A DNA stretch of 64,000 nt from Promethearchaeota archaeon (GCA_019057865.1 JAHLWP010000002.1:96001-160000); one strand, 5' to 3'; positions 50,438-60,286 are shown, numbered from the stretch's first letter. The notes: generated by a model not told the origin, from the letters alone. Numbers and translations are program-made.

Positions 50438-50812
50438 ATGACGTCAAAAAATCCAGTAGGTTATTGTCCTTATTGTAAAATGAATGTAATTCTAAAAAGA
50501 GAGGGAATAAATATACCCTTAGCTATACTTTTAGGAATATTTACTGGTGGAATTGGTTTATTAATTTATCTTGCCATATATTACAATCGAGCAGAAGATA
50601 GATGTATAAATTGTCGAAACCGTATTTTCCCATTACAAACACAAGTGAATTCATCTAATTATCAAACTCAATCTAAATTAACAAAAACTCAGGAGAAAAT
50701 TGAGGAAGTAAGAGGAGATAAATTATTTTATTGCACTTTTTGCGGAGAAAAGTTAGATGAGAGAAATATAGAGTTTTGTTCTAATTGTGGAGGCAGAGTT
50801 GAATTAAAATAA
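50438..50812 (+). CDS. LITAF-like zinc/membrane-hairpin protein with zinc ribbon
   Basis: CPYC - LAILLGIFTGGIGLLIYL - CINC; CTFC..CSNCG. Confidence 0.8.
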   Translation: MTSKNPVGYCPYCKMNVILKREGINIPLAILLGIFTGGIGLLIYLAIYYNRAEDRCINCRNRIFPLQTQVNSSNYQTQSKLTKTQEKIEEVRGDKLFYCTFCGEKLDERNIEFCSNCGGRVELK

Positions 50813-51031
50813 ATATTCTTTGACCTCATTGATAAAAAATGCATTATTTCAATGTATAAATAAAGCCTTTAATTTATTGGAGAGCTTTTTATATTTTTAT
50901 AATCAAATCTAATTTCTCTCATTTTATATATAAAAATTGGACTAAAGATCATTTTAGTATGGTTTTAACTAGTTTTTAATTAAAGCCTAAAAAATAATTA
51001 ATAAATTTTAAAATAAGTTGGAGGAAAAAAA

Positions 51032-51403
51032 ATGTCGACAATGTATTGTCCTAATTGTAATATAAACGTGCTTACATCAAAAGATAGTCTTAATATACCT
51101 TTAGCAATACTTTTAGCAATATTTACTGGTGGTATTGGTTTATTAATTTACCTTGCGATTTGGTATTCTAAAGATGATAGATGTGTTCATTGTAAATCTG
51201 TTTGTCAGCCATCATTAAGCAATAATCAATCAGGTTCCAATTATCAAGCACATAATCAAACTTATCAAGTCCAAGAATATACCCCATTGCAGCAAAAACA
51301 ATCTGTTGATGTAAAAACAAAATTTTGTTATAATTGTGGCAGTAAAATAGCAGATCGAGAAAGTGCCAAGTATTGTCCTTATTGTGGGTCAGGAACCGAT
51401 TAA
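51032..51403 (+). CDS. LITAF-like zinc/membrane-hairpin protein with zinc ribbon
   Basis: CPNC - LAILLAIFTGGIGLLIYL - CVHC; CYNC..CPYCG; GGAGG upstream. Confidence 0.8.
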   Translation: MSTMYCPNCNINVLTSKDSLNIPLAILLAIFTGGIGLLIYLAIWYSKDDRCVHCKSVCQPSLSNNQSGSNYQAHNQTYQVQEYTPLQQKQSVDVKTKFCYNCGSKIADRESAKYCPYCGSGTD

Positions 51404-51426
51404 GTTTTTAATACAAATTCACTTTT

Positions 51427-52335
51427 CTATTTTAATTTTTTTTTTAAAGTTTTCATAAATTGGAAGAAATATTTATAGGAATCGTTAAAGTGATAATCCT
51501 CTTTTGAATATTCTAACCCTTCAGTGAAAATTTTATAGAACCCTTTCGTATCTTTATTTTTTATAACATTTCTATATTCTTTTATTAGATTTTCAAACAA
51601 ATCTAAGACTTTGTGAAACTCATTGTTTTCAATTTGAATATCACCAAACATTTCCATTTCCCTTTGAATAATACTTTCAGCAAAAACTTTTTGCAAAAGA
51701 AAAGTTGTTCCAGTGTATTTTGTTAACTCTGATAATGATTCATTTGTTCTTCTTAATAGGTTTAAAAATAAAATATTAAACATATGTGGAACCCCTAAAG
51801 TTAAGGCAATCTTTAAATCATGAAGTTTATGTGTAGTCTCAGTAATGATTAACCCAGAAATCTCAAAAATTCTCAAAAATTCACTCAGAATTTCATTATA
51901 CTGTTCTGTTCCTCCAACTTTTAGGGCTAATAAAACATAGTTTTTCATATTTTTAATAGCAGGCCCGAACATAGGATGAAGTGATAAACAGTTTATTGGA
52001 TATTTTTCGTGAACTTCATAAAGAGCCTTATACGTCTCACTTTTTAAAGAACAAATATCAAAAATTAGTGAATTTTCCTTTAAAAATGGAGCAATAGTTT
52101 TAATCATTTTTGGAGTAGATTGTATAGGAATTGAAACCATTACAATATCAGCATATTCAACACTTTTTTTGAGGTCCAATTCGTAATTAACTTCTAATTC
52201 TTCAGCAATTTGTTTTAATCGATCCTCATTTCGAGCAAATAATGTAATTTCAAACCCATGGCTCTTAAAAAATTTTCCAAAAATTTTACCCATACCACCA
52301 GAGCCACCAATAATAGTTAGTTTTTTTCCTAACAT
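51427..52335 (-). CDS. tyrA: Prephenate dehydrogenase
   Basis: IIGGSGGMG, DICSLK, HPMFGP, HD. Confidence 0.92.
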   Translation of the reverse strand: MLGKKLTIIGGSGGMGKIFGKFFKSHGFEITLFARNEDRLKQIAEELEVNYELDLKKSVEYADIVMVSIPIQSTPKMIKTIAPFLKENSLIFDICSLKSETYKALYEVHEKYPINCLSLHPMFGPAIKNMKNYVLLALKVGGTEQYNEILSEFLRIFEISGLIITETTHKLHDLKIALTLGVPHMFNILFLNLLRRTNESLSELTKYTGTTFLLQKVFAESIIQREMEMFGDIQIENNEFHKVLDLFENLIKEYRNVIKNKDTKGFYKIFTEGLEYSKEDYHFNDSYKYFFQFMKTLKKKLK

Positions 52336-53204
52336 TATTTTTTCCCCAAAAATTCTATAATTTTATTTTTCATTAAGTTGATATTCGGTTTTTTATTTGT
52401 CCACCATTCAAAAGCTAAAGCACCTTGATTTACAAGCATATCTAAACCTCCAAGAGTTCTACATCCTATTACTTTTGCATCCTTTAATAATTGAGTTTCT
52501 AACGGATTATAGATTAAATCGAAAACATTTAATTGATTATGCAGGATTTCCTTTTCTATTGGTGATTTGCCGATTAATGGATACATACCTACCGATGTTG
52601 CATTAATTAAAATATCAGTTGTTTTGATCTCTCGCTTTAAAGTAGTCTCACTATTGTTTGTTCCTTCTGCGTTAACATTAATCTTTTTCTTTAATTCCAT
52701 TGCTAATTTTTTTGCTCGACTTTCTGTTCTATTCGTTATCACCATTTTTTTGGCATCTTTTGCTAAAGAATAGCAAATAGCTTTAGCTACCCCCCCTGCT
52801 CCTAGTATTAAGATGTTTTTTCCTATGATTTCAAACCCAGCATCTAATATTGCTTTTCTCCCCCCTTCAGCATCAGTGTTTTTCCCTATTAAAACACCAT
52901 CTTCATTCTTTATAGTATTTATTGCTCCAATTTTTTGTGCTGTGCTATCTATTTCATCTATAAATTTAATAATTATTTCCTTATATGGGATAGTAACACT
53001 TATTCCTTTTACGTTTAATGCTTTAAATCCTTTCACTGCTTCTTTAAGTCTATTAGGGGGCACATTGAAAGCCAAATAGGCATAATCTAATTCAAGATCT
53101 TGTAAAGCCGCATTGTGCATAATAGGACTCATACTATGCTCAATTGGGTATCCAATAACACATAAAATTTTAGTTTGCGCTGTTATAGAATTTCTAATTG
53201 ACAT
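52335..53204 (-). CDS. aroE: Shikimate dehydrogenase
   Basis: HSMSPIMHN, VTIPYK, GAINT, NTDAEG, GAGG, NATSVGM, DLIYNP, GLDMLVNQG. Confidence 0.96.
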   Translation of the reverse strand: MSIRNSITAQTKILCVIGYPIEHSMSPIMHNAALQDLELDYAYLAFNVPPNRLKEAVKGFKALNVKGISVTIPYKEIIIKFIDEIDSTAQKIGAINTIKNEDGVLIGKNTDAEGGRKAILDAGFEIIGKNILILGAGGVAKAICYSLAKDAKKMVITNRTESRAKKLAMELKKKINVNAEGTNNSETTLKREIKTTDILINATSVGMYPLIGKSPIEKEILHNQLNVFDLIYNPLETQLLKDAKVIGCRTLGGLDMLVNQGALAFEWWTNKKPNINLMKNKIIEFLGKK

Positions 53205-53311
53205 TTTTTAAATTAAATTGATAAATTTAAAACTAATAATATGTTTAAGAAGAAAAATAATTTATTAATATTTAGCTAATAAAAAGAAAAAGAAATAAGG
53301 AAAATGAAAAG

Positions 53312-53866
53312 ATGAAAAAAATAACTCTTAGTAAAGAAATTTCTGCTTTTCCTATGCCGGCAGCAGTTATATCTGTAGGGACTGGGGAAGAAGCAAATTT
53401 AATTACTCTAGCATATGTTGGGAAAGTTTGTCTTAAACCACCGATTGTCGTGATTTCAATACAACCTAAACGACATTCTTATCATTTGATTGAAAAGCAT
53501 GGCGAATTTGTTATTAATTATCCTACAGTCGAACAGTTAAAAGAAATGGATTATTGTGGAACACGTTCAGGAAGAAATGTCAATAAATGGAAAGAATTAA
53601 ATTTAACAAAAGAAAATGGATCGATAGTTCAAGTCCCGATGGTTAAAGAATTTCCTTGGAATATGGAATGTAAAGTAATAAATCGATTGGAATTGGGATC
53701 ACATGTTTGTTATTTTGGTGAAGTAGTTGCTACTCATTCGGATCCTAAATATGTTAAAAATGATAAGTTAGATCCTAATAAATTTAACTTCTTCGCTTAT
53801 ATTTCCGGCAATTATATTGGTTTAAAAAAGGGTGCAATAGAAAAGCATGGGTTTACAAGCGAATAA
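53312..53866 (+). CDS. Flavin reductase-like FMN-binding protein
   Basis: PMPAAVIS, NLITLAY, PPIV, GEFVIN, CGTRSGR, MEC..GSH..GEV. Confidence 0.9.
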   Translation: MKKITLSKEISAFPMPAAVISVGTGEEANLITLAYVGKVCLKPPIVVISIQPKRHSYHLIEKHGEFVINYPTVEQLKEMDYCGTRSGRNVNKWKELNLTKENGSIVQVPMVKEFPWNMECKVINRLELGSHVCYFGEVVATHSDPKYVKNDKLDPNKFNFFAYISGNYIGLKKGAIEKHGFTSE

Positions 53867-53946
53867 TCTCTTAGATCTTTTATTCTTTACCTAAATTCTA
53901 ATATTTTAAAACTAGAAATTATTAAAATATACAAAGAAAATTTATT

Positions 53947-54474
53947 ATGACTAAGGTTTCTATAGCGCTCATTGGATTTATGGCAACAGGTAAAAGTACA
54001 ATTGGTAAAACATTGGCAGATTATCTAGGTGACGATTATAGATTTATTGAAACTGATCAATTAATTGTTGAAATGGCTGGTAAATCCATTCCAAGAATAT
54101 TTGCGGAAGAAGGAGAAGAGAAATTTCGAAATTATGAAATTATAGTTTGTGGAAAAGCTTCTAAATTGAAAAATGTAGTAATTTCATGTGGAGGTGGCGT
54201 TGTCTTAAATAGAGCAAATATAAAAAAACTAAAGAAAAATTGCCATATTGTTTTGCTCAAGGCAACGGTGGAGGAAATTTATAAAAGAGCTATTAAAAAT
54301 GGGAAAAGAACTAGACCTCTAATTAACAACGAGTATCCAAAAAAAGAAATTGAAAGAATTTTAAATTATAGGGAAGAATTTTACGAATCATCAGCAGAAA
54401 TTATTATTAATACAAAAAACAAATCAATTGAAGAAATTGTAAATGAAATCATCGAAAAGACTAAAGTTGTTTAA
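53947..54474 (+). CDS. aroK: Shikimate kinase (bacterial-type, NMP-kinase fold)
   Basis: GFMATGKST, IFAEEGEEKFR, SCGGGVV, RPL. Confidence 0.93.
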   Translation: MTKVSIALIGFMATGKSTIGKTLADYLGDDYRFIETDQLIVEMAGKSIPRIFAEEGEEKFRNYEIIVCGKASKLKNVVISCGGGVVLNRANIKKLKKNCHIVLLKATVEEIYKRAIKNGKRTRPLINNEYPKKEIERILNYREEFYESSAEIIINTKNKSIEEIVNEIIEKTKVV

Positions 54475-54654
54475 ATAAACATCATTTTTCTCTTTCGATC
54501 TTTATTATTTTATCTCTAAACATTATAAAAATTAATTTATAATATTTAGTAAGACACCATAACGTAATAGTATCATAAAACCTAAATTTAAATTTATCAA
54601 ACCTTAACTATAATTAAAAAAATTAGGTATAAGAGTGTTGTTAGGTAGATAGAT

Positions 54655-54825
54655 ATGACAGAAACTAAAAGATTTAGATGCATTAAATGTGGAGAGGAGA
54701 GCCCTCGAAAGTTACATGAGGAACCTGATAAGAGCAAAGTCCTCTATTATTCCATGCAAGGTACTCCTGTTTATAAAAATAAAATTAGATGTGGTTCGTG
54801 CGGAACGATATTTGATAAAACTTAG
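54655..54825 (+). CDS. Small C4 zinc-ribbon protein (56 aa, below track cutoff)
   Basis: MTETKRFRCIKCGEESPRKLHEEPDKSKVLYYSMQGTPVYKNKIRCGSCGTIFDKT*. Confidence 0.8.
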   Translation: MTETKRFRCIKCGEESPRKLHEEPDKSKVLYYSMQGTPVYKNKIRCGSCGTIFDKT

Positions 54826-54936
54826 TGAACATTAAATAATGAACATAAATCTCTAGGAACTTTTTTCAAAAAAAATCAGTAGATTTTTGGTAATGGTGCC
54901 AACTAATTGATTAAAAACTTTTTTTTTTATTTATTT

Positions 54937-56139
54937 TTACAATGATAGGATTATTTTATTTTGAGCTTTTAACATATCTAGCATGATAAGTTCCATAGCT
55001 TCTTTAATATCTGGCACATTATCAGGTATACTGCGTTTTGCGTTCACACTTGCCATTAATACTTCATTTAATCCACGCAGAATCATATCTGGGCTGTAAA
55101 AGGGTCTACGTGAAGCCCACCATGACTGGCAGCTGTGAATTCCTCTGTCAAGCAGATTCCGAGCGTTATCAAAAATTTGCTTTCTCTCATCATCCATGCT
55201 TTCCCGGTATTTAGCAGATAAATGAATCAAAGTGAGGGCATACATGAAAAATCGATGTTGTTCAAAGTGGATTTGATTATTTGGGTTGAACCAGAGAGGA
55301 AATGGTACATCCGTGGCAATATCGTAAGGCATAGTCGACCAGCTGGAATCTTGTGGAGTCTGAGTAAATCCTTTAGGAAATCTATCAACAATTTCTGAGA
55401 TAGTGCATATTTTGACATCATCTCTATGAGGTAAAGCTTGAAAAAGGGGTATAAGGAAATCTTTTATCGCATGCTTTACATGGTGTCCAAATGTTTCTCC
55501 ATCCATAGCGAGAATTACATACATATCCTCTGAAGTATTCTTGTATTTTAACCTATTGATAAAAGTCTCAACATTATTAATTTTATCGAAAGCACAATCG
55601 ATTGAGATGTAATCATCTCTGAACAATAACTTTAAACCACTTGAATGTATGGAAATATGATTTGTAGGAAATTCTGGTAAAGTATTGGCAATTCCACTCA
55701 TTACTATCCACTCAAAACCAGCTTTTTTAACAGTACTGAAAACCTCTTCAGAAATTGCCATTTCGGGCGGAAAAAATCCACGAGGGTGATAAAGTTTTCC
55801 AAAGAAATACTGATTGGTTTCATCATTAAGATTTATTTGACGTTTAATTTCAGGTTCTGGAATCAATGGAAGTAAAGGGTGAAATTTACCTGAACCTGTA
55901 AATTCGATTTGTCCTCGAGACGCTATGGTTGTAATTAATCCTAGTAAATCATCATAGCCAAAATCATGCAATTGCTCAGTTAGAGTTCCATTAATATTTA
56001 AAGTAATTTTAGCTTCAGGATAATCCCTAAGTGCCTCAATTATGGGCCTATATGATTCATTTACAATTTGTTTTATGACTAGAGGGATTTGAACGGGAGG
56101 TTGATAAATATGAAATAAGAAAGCAAAATAAACAACCAT
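54937..56139 (-). CDS. Glycoside hydrolase family 57 protein
   Basis: HIYQP, ESYRP, HPLLPL, FFPPEM, MDGETFGHH, SSWS. Confidence 0.92.
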   Translation of the reverse strand: MVVYFAFLFHIYQPPVQIPLVIKQIVNESYRPIIEALRDYPEAKITLNINGTLTEQLHDFGYDDLLGLITTIASRGQIEFTGSGKFHPLLPLIPEPEIKRQINLNDETNQYFFGKLYHPRGFFPPEMAISEEVFSTVKKAGFEWIVMSGIANTLPEFPTNHISIHSSGLKLLFRDDYISIDCAFDKINNVETFINRLKYKNTSEDMYVILAMDGETFGHHVKHAIKDFLIPLFQALPHRDDVKICTISEIVDRFPKGFTQTPQDSSWSTMPYDIATDVPFPLWFNPNNQIHFEQHRFFMYALTLIHLSAKYRESMDDERKQIFDNARNLLDRGIHSCQSWWASRRPFYSPDMILRGLNEVLMASVNAKRSIPDNVPDIKEAMELIMLDMLKAQNKIILSL

Positions 56140-56162
56140 ATTATTTATAAGAAACCTAGATG

Positions 56163-56245
56163 TTTTATATTTTTCTTGTGTTCCAATAAGAAAAGCGATG
56201 AGCTAAGAGGTGTTTTTAAATAATAAATTATAAAATTCTCTTAAT
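56163..56245. repeat. 83 bp direct repeat copy 1 (displaced aroD 3' end plus downstream palindrome)
   Basis: About 73/83 identical to 57026..57108; minus strand reads LREFYNLLFKNTS*. Confidence 0.9.
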
Positions 56246-56311
56246 ATTTTGTTTTTATAGATTTATATTTGAAGAAAAAAAATAATTAGATTATAAAAAT
56301 TAACTTGAGTT

Positions 56312-56878
56312 TTACTTGTATATTCCAGTTCTAGATACTAAGATTCTAGAAAGTCCATGAATCAATAATGAAATGAATAGAAGTATGATAATAACATCAA
56401 TAAAGTTAATATCTAATTGGGGTCCTAATAAAAACATCATAAAATTAACTACAGATAAGATTATCATTATTATACCTATAATCCCCATCAGATATTTACT
56501 TGCTGTCCAATGTTCGGATATAATAGCAAATATTACTGCACCTCCAACAATTCCAAATATTATTACAATAATAAAAAGTAATATTTGAATCATTGAATCA
56601 TTACTAATTAATGCTATAAAGAAAAATATTAACCCTATAAATGTGACAATATAACCGAAAAAAATTTCTATTATTCGATCCTCTTTATCTTGTTTTTCTT
56701 TATCAGGAAAACTAATAGTTGTAAATGCTACTCCTACTATTAATAAGCAGATTGAAATTATTATTATTTGTGCATTGGCATTATTAATCAAATATGACAT
56801 TAAAATATAAATAGATAAGAAAACAATAATAATTCCAAAAAATAAATTTAAAGCTCGTAACTCTTTATCATTTGGCAT
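56312..56878 (-). CDS. 6-TM membrane protein (DUF308/HdeD-like)
   Basis: 188 aa hydrophobic ORF, C-terminal LLIHGLSRI. Confidence 0.7.
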   Translation of the reverse strand: MPNDKELRALNLFFGIIIVFLSIYILMSYLINNANAQIIIISICLLIVGVAFTTISFPDKEKQDKEDRIIEIFFGYIVTFIGLIFFFIALISNDSMIQILLFIIVIIFGIVGGAVIFAIISEHWTASKYLMGIIGIIMIILSVVNFMMFLLGPQLDINFIDVIIILLFISLLIHGLSRILVSRTGIYK

Positions 56879-57025
56879 TTAACTTACCCTTTTAAGATTA
56901 AATTTAGATTTAATAATAATTCATTTTTTAATTTGAGAGTATTTAAGTTTTTTCCCTTAATGTCAAATTATTGTTATTGAATTTAAATTATTTAAATTTA
57001 ACAAATCAAAACTAAAACTATTTAA

Positions 57026-57108
57026 TTTTATATTTTTCTTGTGTTCCAATAAGAAAAGAAATGAGTTAAGAAGATTTTTCGAATAATAAGTTATGAAATT
57101 CTCTTAAT
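57026..57108. repeat. 83 bp direct repeat copy 2 (current aroD 3' end plus palindrome)
   Basis: ttttatatttttcttgtgttccaataagaaaag identical in both copies; minus strand reads LREFHNLLFEKSS*. Confidence 0.9.
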
Positions 57109-57821
57109 TTTTCAATTTTAATTTGTCCTGGTGCTGTTTTTTCATCTAAAGAGCAGTAGGTCATGAATGAACCATATTTTACGCATATTATTCTCGAAAA
57201 AATTCCGATTTCTCCCATGCAAAAAGAAATTATTTTTCTATTATTTTTGGTAAAATATTGACATAAGTTTATTGGAATTAAATTATCTTCGAAATTTTGA
57301 GCTGTAAATATAATTTTATATATGCTTTTTTCCACTATGGTGGCATTTATTAAAAAGTTTTTAATTAATTTATCTTCAAACCTTAAAATTAGTTCAAGAG
57401 TTTCTTTATAAGACGGAGTTTTTTCAAAATCATGATAAGAAAAGATTAAATTGATTTTTTTTTTAATAGCTAAATTTATAACATGATTAAGGACTTCTTT
57501 TTCAGAATTCATCTCAATATCAATAAAGCCAGGTTGGGCTTCAAGTAAATTTTCTAGAATCTTAAATCTTTCTTCTTTATCAATCTTTACTTGTCCTCCC
57601 TCAGAATAATCTCTAAATGTAAAAATTGTAGGAATAGTTGGATGAATAATGTTTAATAAACTAGATCCTAATTCTCTTGTTAAATTTTCCACATTATTTA
57701 TAAAATCGAACCTTAATTCAATGAAATTAGGTTTTTCATCTAATGCTTTTTTGATGAGCAATAAATTGTTGTCATAATTATTAGTTTTTATCGGAATGGC
57801 AATACATATATTGAATTTCAT
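57066..57821 (-). CDS. aroD: Type I 3-dehydroquinate dehydratase
   Basis: IELRFD, IFTFR..EGG, IDIE, SYHDFEKTP, CMGEIGIFSR, TAPGQ. Confidence 0.95.
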   Translation of the reverse strand: MKFNICIAIPIKTNNYDNNLLLIKKALDEKPNFIELRFDFINNVENLTRELGSSLLNIIHPTIPTIFTFRDYSEGGQVKIDKEERFKILENLLEAQPGFIDIEMNSEKEVLNHVINLAIKKKINLIFSYHDFEKTPSYKETLELILRFEDKLIKNFLINATIVEKSIYKIIFTAQNFEDNLIPINLCQYFTKNNRKIISFCMGEIGIFSRIICVKYGSFMTYCSLDEKTAPGQIKIEKLREFHNLLFEKSS

Positions 57822-57854
57822 AGGAATTCAAAAAAAAGATATTATAGTTTTTTA

Positions 57855-58493
57855 TTAAAAAATAACTTCTTTTACTTTATCTTCTGATAATTTATTTGTA
57901 TAATCAATTTCTTTAACTAAGCCTTGATCTTTATAATAATCAATTAGAGGTTTCGTATTTTTTTCATATACATCCAAACGATTATTTAGCGTTTCTTCAG
58001 TATCATCAGCTCGTTGTTTAAATTCTATTCTTTCACCGCACTTATCACAAATCCCTTCTTTTTTAGGCTTCATAAAGAATTTATTATAAATAGCTCCACA
58101 ATTTGGACACGAATACCTGCCGAGAATTCTTTTGATAAGAATTTTATGATCAACAGATAAAAGGATTACTGAATCAATACTAGTGATTGTAGAAAGAAAT
58201 TCCGCTTGATTAAGATTTCTTGGATATCCATCTAAAACCCATGATTTATCACTAATGTCATCTAATGTCTTTTTCACCATATCATTAGTAATTTCATCTG
58301 GTACAAGTTTACCCTCATCCATATATGATTTTGCTTTCAAACCTAGGGGAGTTTCATTTTTTAAATTTTCTCTAAAAATATCTCCTGTACTAACATGAAT
58401 GATGTCTGGCAATACTTCTTTTACTTGAGAAGAAAAAGTTCCTTTGCCAGCTCCCGGAGGGCCCAATAAAATAATATGTTTATTTTCTTGCAT
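57855..58493 (-). CDS. adk: Adenylate kinase with zinc lid
   Basis: GPPGAGKGT, STGDIFR, LVPD, LDGYPR, CPNC..CDKC, QRADD. Confidence 0.95.
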   Translation of the reverse strand: MQENKHIILLGPPGAGKGTFSSQVKEVLPDIIHVSTGDIFRENLKNETPLGLKAKSYMDEGKLVPDEITNDMVKKTLDDISDKSWVLDGYPRNLNQAEFLSTITSIDSVILLSVDHKILIKRILGRYSCPNCGAIYNKFFMKPKKEGICDKCGERIEFKQRADDTEETLNNRLDVYEKNTKPLIDYYKDQGLVKEIDYTNKLSEDKVKEVIF

Positions 58494-58591
58494 GTGATAG
58501 ATAAATTTTTATTAATATTATAATATTTAGGAATTTCTCACATCACTCATACTTGAATATATTCTTTAGTACAAGAAGTTTAAAGAATCTT

Positions 58592-59623
58592 TTAATTATT
58601 TTGAGATTTATCAAATTTTTTTACGAGTTCTATTATTTGTGCTTTTCTATAAGAAGAAGGAACATTAATATTATTCTTAGCACAATATTCTTTCAATATC
58701 TTTACGGTCCATTTATTATAATCTATTTCTTGCTTTTTCTCTATCTCTTTCTCAATTTTCTTCGGTAGTGGAGTTTTCATTTCTAAAACTTCTATTGCTT
58801 CAATAGTATTATTTTCATTATTGACATGAACTCTTAATTTATGACCCTCTAATTCAATAACTTCTTTTGGGAGCTTTTTAAAAGCTTCCCATTCTATTTC
58901 TTCAACAGGTTCACCAAAAATTTCAGCTTTTTTAATGACAACTCCAAAAAGTGTATTATTACCAATTAATATATGAGCTCTCTTGTAATCTTTTGGAAGC
59001 TCAAGTGAGAGAATTTTTTCTAAAATTTCTTTTGGAGGTGTATTTGTGGTATTAATCAAATTTTTAGCAGGTTTTGCAACGATCTGTTTATTTTTAATAT
59101 AGGAGCTGCTTTTCTGCACTTTAGTTACTACATCATGAGTCTTAATTATAGGTGGTGAGTTATAATTATTTGAGTTATTTAAAACAGCAAATTGAGGTTG
59201 TTCAATTTCTTTTTCTATAGAACTTTTTTGCGAATCAAATCCAAAAGCTAGTAAAAATTCTTGGGGTTCATCTCCTTGATCGACTGAAACAATCTTACAT
59301 CGATGAAATTTTGCCGAAAACATTAGCTCTTGTTGTAATTCTATGGCAACACGAGAAGCTATGAATTTTTTTCTTACTGGTGATGTAATACCGTTCCATA
59401 TATAAATCCTTCTAAGATCTTCTTTAACAATTAGAGCTACTTGTGAATTATTTAATACTTTACTTCCATTATTTTGGCGAAATTCTTGTTCTGATATATC
59501 TAATCTTTCTCTTTCACCAGTATCCTTCAATTCATATATCATGAAATTAGAATAAGCATCTGACATTTTACTATTCTTTTGAGAATTAATTAAATACATT
59601 ATAAGAGTACATATTTTTAACAT
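58592..59623 (-). CDS. Asgard single-domain gelsolin protein with accessory domain and C-terminal SAP/HeH-like domain
   Basis: Gelsolin fold motifs RRIYIWNG..S..RKKFIA..VDQGDEPQEFL; C-terminal YNKWTVKILKEYCAKNNI.VPSSYRKAQIIELV. Confidence 0.8.
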   Translation of the reverse strand: MLKICTLIMYLINSQKNSKMSDAYSNFMIYELKDTGERERLDISEQEFRQNNGSKVLNNSQVALIVKEDLRRIYIWNGITSPVRKKFIASRVAIELQQELMFSAKFHRCKIVSVDQGDEPQEFLLAFGFDSQKSSIEKEIEQPQFAVLNNSNNYNSPPIIKTHDVVTKVQKSSSYIKNKQIVAKPAKNLINTTNTPPKEILEKILSLELPKDYKRAHILIGNNTLFGVVIKKAEIFGEPVEEIEWEAFKKLPKEVIELEGHKLRVHVNNENNTIEAIEVLEMKTPLPKKIEKEIEKKQEIDYNKWTVKILKEYCAKNNINVPSSYRKAQIIELVKKFDKSQNN

Positions 59624-59698
59624 TATTTCTATAGTTAAATAGAGAGAAGATTTATTGTAACATTATAAATAAAAGAAGAAGTCATAAAAGCAGTGCTT

Positions 59699-60286
59699 TT
59701 ATCCTGTAAAATAGGAATTTTTAATGTTTTTTATTAGAAAATTTACTTTTTTCTTTTCATTGATAGATAAAAGTGTAGGAAATTTACTTTTAATGGAAGT
59801 ACCATAATAACTATTGCCAAAAAATGTATTTACTCTAAATATTGTTTCTAATATATACCTTTTACTTCCTAAATGGAGATAAATAGAAATATCATTAATT
59901 ATTAAAAAATCAGTCGGATTTTCTTTAAAATTGTTAAGAATTTTAGAGGTTATTTTATAATTAGAACATATATTTTTATAAAGTTCAGATTTACTTTTTG
60001 CTTTTAATCGAGGTGGAATAATTTCTCCTTCAAAGATAAAATTTTTACATTTAATGCTCTTATTATAATAATCTTGAATTCTTCCACCAATTTTTAAATC
60101 CTTGAAAAATGCTAATTTAGGAGCAAAATCTAAAATACTAATCTCTTGTGGGTTAATTTTTTTGGATTCTAAGAGATATTGGACAAATTTTGCTGTTAAA
60201 TAGGTTTTTTGGGTGTTTGTTTCTCCATATACTAATGTGTATTGCCCAAAAAATTTTTGGAAATCTATATTATTTAAATTTCTCAT
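59699..60286 (-). CDS. Hypothetical P-loop-like protein
   Basis: Degenerate Walker A LVYGETNTQKT, ILDFAP, LIINDISIYLH. Confidence 0.7.
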   Translation of the reverse strand: MRNLNNIDFQKFFGQYTLVYGETNTQKTYLTAKFVQYLLESKKINPQEISILDFAPKLAFFKDLKIGGRIQDYYNKSIKCKNFIFEGEIIPPRLKAKSKSELYKNICSNYKITSKILNNFKENPTDFLIINDISIYLHLGSKRYILETIFRVNTFFGNSYYGTSIKSKFPTLLSINEKKKVNFLIKNIKNSYFTG

